DNA of 64,000 nucleotides from the NCBI GenBank assembly GCA_964658305.1, contig OZ210884.1:6572001-6636000 (forward strand), given 5' to 3'. The notes below the pieces were generated by a model. That model was not told where the DNA came from and did not search any database. It saw nothing but the letters and a program-made list of their open reading frames with translations. This DNA is from Leptogorgia sarmentosa (taxonomy: Eukaryota). The translations under genes were made by a program, and so were the position numbers. How positions within the stretch are numbered: position 1 is the stretch's first letter; every line of letters starts with the position of its first letter. Below are positions 25,406 through 35,935 of the stretch, one piece after another.

Positions 25406-26440
25406 ATTGAAAGCACCCTGAGTACGAGTTTACACTAGAATTTGGTGTGCGTGGTTTAAGTTAAATAGCCGTTCTCACCAAGGCCAGAATCACTCACTTT
25501 GGGGGTGGGCGTAAAATTAGGATTGTAAATTTAGCACAACATTTAATACAAATTTATATAATGCAGTCAGAAAAAGTCACACTTTGCCGAGTGTATATGT
25601 AAGTCTGAAAAGTGAGTGGCAGCAGCCGCAGCACTCAAGAAATGGCGGATAAATTTGTTGTGAAAAAAGTAAATTGAAATTGAGAATGGCAATATGCATG
25701 ACTATGAACTGCAGATCAACATTTAGTGATATGTTTGAATCCGCACTCCCTCGACTAAATGTAAATTATGGATCATGATATTTGAAGAATGTGATAAACC
25801 AATGCATAAATTGAAAGTGAGAGGTACGCAGTGAGCAAAGGAAATGGTAAAAGGGTGTATCTTTGTTGTAATGACATATTACGTTGTGGCTAGAGCAGTT
25901 TGGGTGCGCTGGAGCATATCTTGTGTATGCATTAATTAACTACCCACGCAATATTGATACTGTATTATCATGCAATATGTATCTAATGTCGCCCCTTGTG
26001 ACGGCTGAAGAAAAGATATTAGGAGGGAACGACACCACTTCGCTCAATGCACGCTGGCTATAGGTCTTGTCAACAGCAACGGTGAAATTGAAATAGATAT
26101 ATTTCTTATAATTTACACAACTTGTTAAAAGAGAAAGTAATACTAAGAAAGGACTTTCTGAATATTGAGCGAGGTCAGTAGTTGGAAGTGTTTTAGGGAT
26201 CTATCCTGTTTCCAGCTTTCTATATCATTTTAACTTGAGAGTTGAGAATATCATGTTTATACGCCTGTCTGCCAAGGGTAGGCACGATGACTATCAAGCT
26301 AGAAACCGTGAAAAGCCCGATAAGGACACATTATCTGGTTACTGAGATAATGGTAGTTTACTAATCCAATTAACGCCCGATTAGCAAGCTGAAACCTGTA
26401 GCCAATCAATTTCAATTCGTTGTTTTGTAATATAGAAATT

Positions 26441-27229
26441 ATGTCGACGGTTCAGAGACGACGAAGATCCCAGTTTCGTAGTTTATTCGGCGATGACAAG
26501 GATGGTAAAGAGATGCACACTGACCAACAATGTCACTTTATTGTCTCATATCTGGGTGAAACAGATTGGCGCGATGAATTTATGTATGTCGACGAGATCC
26601 TGGAAAATGTATTACCGGTACCAAAACAAACGTCTGGCAAATTTTGGTTGAAGAAAGAACCTCGGAAAAAAGTTTGTCTAGCCATTGATATTTCTTCTAC
26701 GTCTGTGTTTATTCAAAACACCGAAGGTATTTCTGAAAATTGCTTCAAATTTTGCAATATCAAGGAAGTTATATATTGTGGAAATATGAAACAGTATTCG
26801 AAATATATTATCTTGGTTGTGAACGGGGAACTAGACTCCTCTGTTAAAGCCCATATCTTTTCGTGTGGTAGCGTAAAAGAAGCAAAAAATGCTTTCAAGA
26901 CTTTTACCGACATGTTTGCACACGTCAGTCATGAGAATCCAGATTTGAATGCGCAAGTTGAAACTGATATGACAGACGTTTTTTGTGATGAAATTACAAG
27001 TTCTCCCCACCTACCGTTGGAAACAGCGAACACTGAGAACAGTTTATCAGAAAGCAAGCAAAGCTCTCCAGAAGTTGAAGAACACGATGTAGATAACGCA
27101 TTCACGGCCTTCGCCCGCTCTAGATCATTTAATTTTGGTAAACGATATGTACCTGGCACAAGAACAAATATTTTGCGTCCATATTCTTTACCTGTAGGAG
27201 GGCAAATGCAACCAGTGACAGGGAATTGA
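26441..27229 (+). CDS. Second PTB/PID-domain adaptor-like protein (LDLRAP1/ARH-like), 262 aa, intronless
   Basis: The ATG is at 26441. The PTB pattern is FIVSYLG, IKEVIYC, AHIFSCGSVKEAKNAFKTFTDMF. The C-terminal DNAFTAFARSR is a beta2-adaptin-type motif. Confidence 0.75.
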   Translation: MSTVQRRRRSQFRSLFGDDKDGKEMHTDQQCHFIVSYLGETDWRDEFMYVDEILENVLPVPKQTSGKFWLKKEPRKKVCLAIDISSTSVFIQNTEGISENCFKFCNIKEVIYCGNMKQYSKYIILVVNGELDSSVKAHIFSCGSVKEAKNAFKTFTDMFAHVSHENPDLNAQVETDMTDVFCDEITSSPHLPLETANTENSLSESKQSSPEVEEHDVDNAFTAFARSRSFNFGKRYVPGTRTNILRPYSLPVGGQMQPVTGN

Positions 27230-28157
27230 AGTCATGATTCTCTTAGTTCATTCATTAAGAAATGACGGATACATAGACAGAAAGATCATCTTACAGAGCA
27301 TTAAATTAAATGAACTAGTGAACTACCAAATTATTTCTGCATGTATAGTTGGTACCGCATGCTTTTCATTTATTGATTGATATATTTTGACGTTAAGCAA
27401 GGACTAAAGATGTACCCAAGATAATTCGAGGTATCTCAGATAATTACTGTACTTGCACTTTTTTGGGATGTCAACCAGTGACGAAGCCAGCCCGACATTT
27501 GGTCATGCAAATTTAAGTCATTATGTTATTCATTTCTTTACAAATTGATTTCTTATACGGTCTATAAACACAGAAAAATTTGCACTGGAAACAGGGATAT
27601 GTACGTACAGTCATCAGAGCTGTGAGTCATATGTTCACTACATGTCTTCGATCCTTATACACGTCCTACTCAGGAAAAAAGTCACTTTAATTAATATATA
27701 AACCTCTAAAATTCGCTAGCAAAATTACGTTGTGTTCCGTTGATGTTTTATGATAACACATATAACTTTCTATAAACTAAAGAAAATTGATATTTCCATT
27801 TTTATGCTTTAATGTGATTATATTGATTCACTTTTTGCCTGCTGTTTAATATTTCTAAATTTACTGACATTCCTATATACTGCGATCAAAACTTTTGCTA
27901 ACGTAACTGCTTTTCGAAAAAAATCGCCAACGGTTTAACACTCGTTAACAATCGTTAACAATCGTTAACAATCGCTATGTCATTGTAAACGTCAAAAGAA
28001 TCCCTGGCTTTGAGAGGCGATTAATTCGCATATACTTTTACGAATCAGAATAAAACTTTCGTTATAATGTGAAAGTAGTTTAGGTACTTCAGTCGTAACC
28101 TTTTATAGGCCAGTGCTAAAAAAGCATCCTTGTCCTTTAAATACAAGCCATAAACAT

Positions 28158-29564
28158 CTAGTTCGATGAACATTTCCATATTCCTGCGATTTTTTTCGCA
28201 AATTGCTTAAACCCAGCTCGAAAAGTTCGATCAACTAAACCATAAATAAAGGGATTAAGGGTGCAACTGCCAAAATACGAACACATTACAAACCAAGCGT
28301 AAATTTTGTATTTCTCGGCCGTCGGTTTTCCAGCAAAATCCAGAAGTAAACTCATTATCTGCATGGGAAGCATGAATAAGGCGAACACAACAACAACGAG
28401 AAGGATCATTTTTAGCGCTCGGTTGTTTCGTTGGTCACGACGAGATGGCGTTCCTGAGATGGTTGCGCTTCGGTCGCGACGACGAATAGCGTTATTGCGT
28501 TTCATTGGCACGCTGTCTGAAAGATTTCGCTTTACTGTTGGTGTTGTGGGATTTTTTAAAGAATCTTCAGTCCCAGATTTCAACCCTTCATCAGACGAAT
28601 TGTAAATCAAATGTTTTTGATCAGAAATTTTGCTTTTGCGGCCCGACCGGAAAAATCGTTTCTTATCATTTTGAAGAGTTTGAGGAAAGGTAAATTTCTG
28701 ATTTCCAGTAGTGTGATTCGAGTTCACATCACTGTCTGCACGAAACTTGCTGGTAACTCTGCCATTGTTTTCTAATATCATAGACATACTTCGCTGTTTA
28801 CCATCACTCAAAGGATGACATTTTGTTTTCTCGGGATACTCCGTCACGCTGATACCGTCATGCATTTGTGACTGAGATGGTACCTCAACGAGTGATTTCA
28901 TTGGCGTGGAAGAATTGCTCTCAAATTTTTTCTTAAATGTGGATTTATTTCGAAGGAGGGAAAGAGCAACACCAATGTAGGCAAACGCCATTATAGTAAG
29001 CGGTATGGCATACTGCATTAGAAATAGAAACACTGTGTAAGCTTTGCGATACCAAATCTCTGGCCAGGAATCGTAACAGAATCCCTCGGTGATTGTCGAG
29101 AAGTAAGCAAAAGGCATGACGCAACACAGGGATATAGTGTGGACAATAATAACAGCGTATTTCACGTGTTTACGCTGGTAACGAGCTTTCAAAGGGTGAA
29201 CGAACATTTTATAGCGATCTATAGAGATTACAACCAAAATGAGCGAGGCGGATATGTAAAACATTGTTAGAGCAGGACTGATAACATGGCACAGAAATGA
29301 ACCCAAGATCCATTTTGATTTTGTGAACTGCAACATGATATCAATTGATGTCCCCAGAGATACAACAATGATATCACAAATAGCCAGGTTTAACAATAGA
29401 TAATTGCAGGTTGTCTGAAGCTTACGTTCTTTGCGGATTGTATAGATGACCAACGAATTCCCCGATAAGCTGAGCAGTAAGATAAGGCTATCCAAGAATA
29501 TGATGAGAATGTTTTCGCCTTTCTCAGGAATTTGCGTTGAGTTACCAATTGATGAGTTATTCAT
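28158..29564 (-). CDS. Class A (rhodopsin-like) GPCR, peptide/neuropeptide receptor-like, with a long third intracellular loop; single coding exon
   Basis: Seven TMs carry the motifs GN (TM1), NLAICD (TM2), W-x-L-G-x-x-L-C, SIDRY, YxxP in TM5, a TM6 proline and NPFIY. The N-terminus has N-glycosylation sequons. The ATG is at 29564; the ORF track begins at a GTG. Confidence 0.92.
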   Translation of the reverse strand: MNNSSIGNSTQIPEKGENILIIFLDSLILLLSLSGNSLVIYTIRKERKLQTTCNYLLLNLAICDIIVVSLGTSIDIMLQFTKSKWILGSFLCHVISPALTMFYISASLILVVISIDRYKMFVHPLKARYQRKHVKYAVIIVHTISLCCVMPFAYFSTITEGFCYDSWPEIWYRKAYTVFLFLMQYAIPLTIMAFAYIGVALSLLRNKSTFKKKFESNSSTPMKSLVEVPSQSQMHDGISVTEYPEKTKCHPLSDGKQRSMSMILENNGRVTSKFRADSDVNSNHTTGNQKFTFPQTLQNDKKRFFRSGRKSKISDQKHLIYNSSDEGLKSGTEDSLKNPTTPTVKRNLSDSVPMKRNNAIRRRDRSATISGTPSRRDQRNNRALKMILLVVVVFALFMLPMQIMSLLLDFAGKPTAEKYKIYAWFVMCSYFGSCTLNPFIYGLVDRTFRAGFKQFAKKIAGIWKCSSN

Positions 29565-30450
29565 CTTCACAATCTTCGGAGCTATTGAGTGTCACGCTTT
29601 AAATCTGAAATTGAAAATGTGGAAGCGCGTTACAGTGAAGCGCGATTCGGTAACGCGACGTGATTTTTCAGTTTTCAGAATCAAATATAACTGTTCCTAA
29701 TGCAATATTTCTCAAAATTTCACAGCGGCATAACCTTTTAACGCATCAGATTCACATGGCTTCCAAAGTTTTACTTTTTGGCACAGTTCTATATGTACTT
29801 TTAGAAACCAAAATTCGCGCCGCGTTTCCGAATCGCGTCTGGTCTGTTTGGTCGTTAATCATCAAAAACAAAAGAGGAGAGAAGTACTGAAGATAATTTC
29901 CCGGAAGAGTGTAGTCCATAGTTTTTGTAACATCTCTAAATTCGATAACAGTTATATAGGTCGGTTTTCTCATAAACCTTTGACCATGACTACATAAGTG
30001 AAACTCCAAAGGTGAACTTGCTACATGCAAAAAAGGGGAATTCGATGTTTGGGATTAATGTAACTGAGCTCTTCGTTGGGAATTTACAAATTAAGGGGAA
30101 TAATGGCTTCCTGTTTAGTACACGTGAGATATTTAGGTGCATCATTTTGCTATAGAACTCGTAGAAATTCCAAAAATATCAATTTGTGCTGGTATGCATA
30201 GCAATCCTTTAATTCAAGACATGAAGTCGCTACTCTGTCTACTACAAACTTTACATAATCTAGATCTGTTACCATTAAAACCCCTTCTGTACACTGGGCA
30301 ATGACATGCAGATGATATACAATCATAAACTAAGTATATGAAAAATAGCTGCAAAGTAGCTACATTCACCACACCAGATCAACCACGAATGTAAAGCTTC
30401 CAATGGAAATTTCTAACATGCATTATCTATTTCACCAACTGTTACAGGAG

Positions 30451-30596
30451 GGTCCTGAAGCGGTAAAACAATAGAAAATGGGAATGGGATTAAGATTTGA
30501 GGACAGCCGCTGATGCGATGGGATTTGAGCTCTTGGACGCCGGGATTTAGCCAAAATTTGGGCCGGAAAATGGGAATAGGAACCCCCTTCAGGACC
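30451..30596. mobile_element. Small degenerate MITE
   Basis: GGTCCTGAAG ... CTTCAGGACC inverted ends enclose internal ATGGGA(A/T)T repeats. Confidence 0.45.
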
Positions 30597-33234
30597 GCTT
30601 TCTTATAGTTAAATCGTTTTTATAAGATAATAGTGTCATACCTGATCATGCCAATTTCATGCATGGAAGCGTCGTGTTAAAAAAATGTCTAGTTTGAAAT
30701 TCTTTTCGTTATATTTTTCAAATTACTGGGGATCATATCTTTTGGTTTCGTTGACTAGGAAGCACATGTGTTATGTTAATTTATTTCGTGAGAATTTTAA
30801 GGATTTCTCAAAAATTAAGAAAAAGCCAAAGCTAGAATTGTCCTGATAATAGTACAGATTAACGTGACGATTTAAACGTAAACTGAATTTGATTTTAATT
30901 GCAGGCATACAAATTTCTTACCCTGAACCTTGCGGCAAAATTACGTTGTATTCCGTTGATGTTTTATTTAATTACAATTTCGTCATTCTTGCTTGCTCTT
31001 CTTTCTCGTATTTTTCAACGCAATTTGTATTTTTCCGTATAAAAAGATCGAAGCTTAGATAAGGCCTAAGTAATTGGCACTGATCTGTCTGATATCCATT
31101 TAAAAGTTAATCTTTAAAATGTATTCCGGGTCAATTCTGAAAACATCAATATTGCAAATTTACATGGAATGTAAAATTTTTCGGATTACTTTTGACATTT
31201 CTTTCAGACCCAATGGGAAAATATGCCACAATTCACTTAAACGTAATAACATTACCGCTCTTTGTTAGCGTTTCCAATTTATTTTTTTCTAATTAGTAAT
31301 TAAACCCCTGGATAGTGTATATATAATACATACTAAGTTGTCGGGCAATTTTTGAATATTGATGATTATTATACCAGAAAAAATGTGGCTTCTTTAAGCT
31401 TCGTACTGTATAAAAACTTATATACAACATGTCTTCGGGTGTTGGTTATGGACTTTTAATTAAATTCATGATTTTTAGTCAAATTCGTATTGATATATTT
31501 GTGCCAGCTTGTGGCGGCTAATTTGCTCTTAACCTGTCTACAACGTTGCTTTGGTAATATCTCGACACAACAGGGATAAAAAATATCGACCGTTTTTTTG
31601 GTTATTGCCGCCTCCGATAGACAGGCGCTTACAGAAAATAACACAGGGTGAAGTTGAAAGTTTTAAAATGCCTATGTAACCCTTTTTCAGCATAAGGAAC
31701 AATTTACTGACAAAGCTATACACGGTATTGCAAACAAGAAAAAATAATTCTGCTCCAATCATTTAACAATTATTGTTGTTATTGTTCAAATAATTTACAT
31801 CGTTTTCGTGTGTATGCTAATTTTTATCGTTTGTCGCTTTAGAGCAATTAAATCCTCGATGTGTCCCTTTAAGAAATTCACGAGTTCTCCATGGAGTTTC
31901 CCGTGCCCTTGTTCCCAGGACTTTTTGTTCTCGCGTTCGCAGAGACGAAAAGAGAAATGGCCGGGAATGAGGTTGAGACACGTTTTTTCCCCAAGGCCTA
32001 GTTGAGTTCAGACGTCCAACTTCTCATGTGCCGAACTCTAGGGCTAACTCCTAAGACGCAAGCAAACATAGTGTGGCCGTACTTTTGCCAGTTCACTTTA
32101 CAAATACAACCACAGTTAGTAGATATAACATTAACTATCCTGCAATTAAATGCTTCAAATAATGGGAAAATCGCTCAGCAAACCGCCCGCAATGGTTACA
32201 CTGCGGTACTTGATATACATGGGCGAAATGCATATTCATTATAGTCAAACCCTATACATGCCACATGGAGTTTTAGTAAGAAGCGTGTAAAGACAAGTAT
32301 TATTCAATCATGACCAAAACATAAATCATTCATGTCAGTGTCATTATATCACCGATATCACTCGGCTAGATAATTCTAAACATTAACTCAAATATTAACT
32401 GACATCGCCATAAAACCTAGTTGCGCCGCGTTTTACTGCCATGTCTCATCAATCAACTCTCGCCAACTCATCTGAGCTGTATATAGAAAGACCGAACTGG
32501 ACAGATGGTTTGTTTGAAGGCTAACATTTATAATGCAATTTCGCATCTGTCATCAGATCTAATTAACCTGGTTGCTGAAGAGAAGTTAAAAAAATACAAT
32601 TGCTTTATTTTGTATAACTATGTCCTCTGTACATATACACATCCTGTAGTACCTAATGTGGGCAATAAATTGATTCAAAATTAAATTGTGGAATTTCGCT
32701 TAGTTCCGCTGCCAGTCGGGTATGATATAGCTATCATTGCATTCACAGTATGAAGTAAAATGCGTGCAATTACCTATATAGTTTTGAAATACCGAATTAC
32801 TTTATATTATTTAATTTATTTTGCGTAGTCCCATTGAAAAAAATCGTTCAACCCAGAACTTTTTTTCTGTTTTCTCTCAAAATCATTCTTTTTTATGGCT
32901 ACCAGCTGGTTTTTATAATCTACAATCAGCATGCCTGAATAGAAAATTGAAGAAATGTTTAAATTGTTCAAACTGACAATATTCCGACCAAGTTTGGTGC
33001 CATTTGTCGTTCTCTGTTGTCGGTCAATGCTCATGTTTGGACAAACTCACAGTATGTACATAATTGGTGCTGCGGATATGATGAGATAGACACCGTCATT
33101 TAATGAAAGTTGATAAAGCCAACTGTTCATATATAACACCATATATTGACTAAGACGTGTACAATTATATTGTCATCATTCAATTCTTTGCAATGGACTT
33201 ACGGACGTATAGGGTCACTTCCCAGTAAGCACAC

Positions 33235-33535
33235 CGACGTCGATTCAACGTCGAATCGACGTTACTACCTGACGTCGAAACGACGTCGAAAAACAGGTCG
33301 AAAACGCAAATCGAATCGACGTTACATTTTCGACGTCGATTCAACGTTGACGTTTCGACGTCGATTCAACGTTGAACTTTCGACGTCGATTCAACGTTGA
33401 CTTTTCGACGTCGATACGACGTCGAAAAACAGGTCGAAAACGCAAATAGAATCGACGTTAGACTTTCGACGTCGATTCAACGTTGACGTTTCGACGTCGA
33501 TTCAACGTTGACTTTTCGACGTCGATAGTACGTTG
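33235..33535. repeat. Left subterminal array (about 23-bp TTTCGACGTCGATTCAACGTTGAC units)
   Basis: Palindrome-rich tandem units are directly visible. Confidence 0.85.
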
Positions 33536-35475
33536 GAAAATGCGACGAAGTTGCAAATTGATCAAAATTAATAAATTTTCTGTTGCAATTTGTTTTGATG
33601 ATATATTTATTTCCGAACTCAGTCAGTATCTTACATATTACATATTATATACTTTAATACACTTGATTATTTACAAACACCGAACTGTAATTAAGCGATT
33701 CCAATTTGGACCTATATATATTATACTATGTGCACTAATTTATTATCAACTAGCTATACGTTAATTAATTTGTTACCACGATATTATTTGAAAGAACATC
33801 TTACAAGTTTGGTAAAATTGCCAAGATTGGCTGTGAAATGTAGAATCCTGGCAAATTTTGTATTCTTCTGCAGTTACAGTTATCAATCTCGTGTATGGAC
33901 TATATGTTTATTATGAAAAATGTCCCATAATGATCAATTATAGATGGACTTTCTACTTCCCCCTTTCCTGTCCGGAGCATACTTTAAAATCTGTCCCATT
34001 GCTTTATAAACATCACTTTCGGGGCTCTAATAAGTGAAAAATATCAATTAATTAAGCCTGTCTCTCTAATGTAGCTACAGTATATCCCTCTACATAACTA
34101 AGCAGTTATCTTTTTGATGGCTTTGTTAATCGAAAGCAAGTAATTCTCAATTTTCATCTTCAACACAATGGTATGTGTGCCAGCCAGTATGGAATTAGCA
34201 TAGCAATGGCATTCTAGTTCAGGTTTATAGTCTCGATCTACTGTAGCCAGTTTAAGTCAACAAATTTTGAAAGGATATCAAAAAAATCAGTTTGCTTAAT
34301 TGCTTTTGCCAAACCTGATGAGTTATGTCCCTACTGACTAGTGATTATTTGCTTAACAAACCAGATGAGTTATGCATGACCCTACTAACTAGTGATTTTT
34401 TGCTTAAAGCCCCCCCCCCCCCTCTTAAAAAATTCGCTTCCACTGCCTCTTTGTATGCTCAGTCTGCTTAGTTGGTTGTCTGAAATTCTATTTGAAAAAA
34501 TTGAAAACCAGCCTAAATCAATAACAAAAAATTTCCTACGCAGAAATACTCGGTTTTTAATAAATCACTGATGAAACCAGGCTGACAAAGTCTAACTAAA
34601 CTACTAGATTGATTTGGATTGTAAAATGTAACTACTAATCAAATACACAAACGTTACACATCATTGTCGAGGCAAGAGCTAGGAATCGACTTTTCTGTAG
34701 CATAGTATAAGAATATATGATACAGAATTGACCTTTATGTAGAAGCGATTAATTTTGTGAATTATAGTGCTGATCACTAGTGTTCCAGTTCAGTTTATTG
34801 AACCAGCACTTTTGAAGCACGAGCACTTCGAACTTCGAAGCGCATCGCAGTGCACACTGATTGAACGAAATATAAAGCGATATATCACAAAATAAAAATA
34901 AACAAGTTGCATATTATACTAACCTTTTCTGTAGTCTTGAATTAAATCAACTAAATGAACGGGAAATTATCCCCAAAAGACAAGAACAACGACAAGCAAT
35001 GAAATCCTTTGTGTGAAATTTTGAATACACGCGGTTTGTGAGCGTCTATGACAACACTTCCCATGATTCTCACTCTCGTGTCATCGCCGATTGTATGCCG
35101 AGCCGAACGGCCCGAACCGAGTTTGGGCCGAATGCGCGACACCTTATTCGTATTTCGCCAAACACGCGTGCAATTTTTCATTAATACTTCTAGAACAGAG
35201 TAATTTCCTATACAAATACCCCACCCAAAAATTCAAAATTATTTAAAAACTATCAATGTCTTAATAAATACGATCAATCACATGTTGAAAAAGGTTGAAA
35301 TAGCTTAATAGCAAGCGTAGTCGTCGGTACGAACTTTGCCCAAAAGATCAGTTTCTAAAGTGTTGATATGCAATTGTATGTTGGGGTATAAAAATATCCT
35401 GATCCATATTCAACGTCAGCTATAGGGCCCAAAACGTAAATATATATATATTTGTAAATTAGTTGTTTAATGTTC

Positions 35476-35935
35476 AGGTCAGGTTAACGACGTCGATTGA
35501 ACATCGAAACGAGGTCAATTTGTCGACGTCGATATCAAGTCAAGTTAACGACGTCGATTGAACGTCGAAACGAGGTCAATTTGTCGACGTCGATATGAGG
35601 TCAGGTTAACGACGTCGATTGAACGTCGAAATGAGGTCAATTTGTCGACGTCGATATTAAGTCAGGATAACGACCTCGATTCAACGTTGAAACCAGGTCA
35701 ATTTGTCGACGTCGATATTAAGTCAGGATAACGACCTCGATTCAACGTCGAAACGAGGTCAATTTATCGACGTCGATATGAGGTCAGATTAACGACGTCG
35801 ATTCAACGTCGAAACGAGGTCAGTTTGTCGACGTCGATATCAAGTCAGGTTAACGACGTCGATTCAACGTCGAAACGAGGTCAATTCGTCGACGTCGATA
35901 TGAGGTCAGGTTAACGACGTCGATTCAACGTCGAT
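35476..35935. repeat. Right subterminal tandem array, 61-bp unit, about 7.5 copies
   Basis: The unit AGGTCAGGTTAACGACGTCGATTGAACGTCGAAACGAGGTCAATTTGTCGACGTCGATAT(C/G) is repeated head to tail with no unique spacers. Confidence 0.92.

Noticed and set aside
33146..33764. Arg-rich ORFs (TFRRRFNV repeats)
   Set aside because: They are translations of the subterminal repeat array, not a transposase.
34314..34380. CTGATGAG motif suggesting a hammerhead ribozyme
   Set aside because: There is no downstream GAAA core or paired stems. It is part of a local duplication of about 55 bp.
35476..35935. CRISPR-like regular palindromic repeat array
   Set aside because: The units are contiguous 61-bp tandem copies with no unique spacers, there are no cas genes, and the context is eukaryotic. 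It is explained as a transposon subterminal array.
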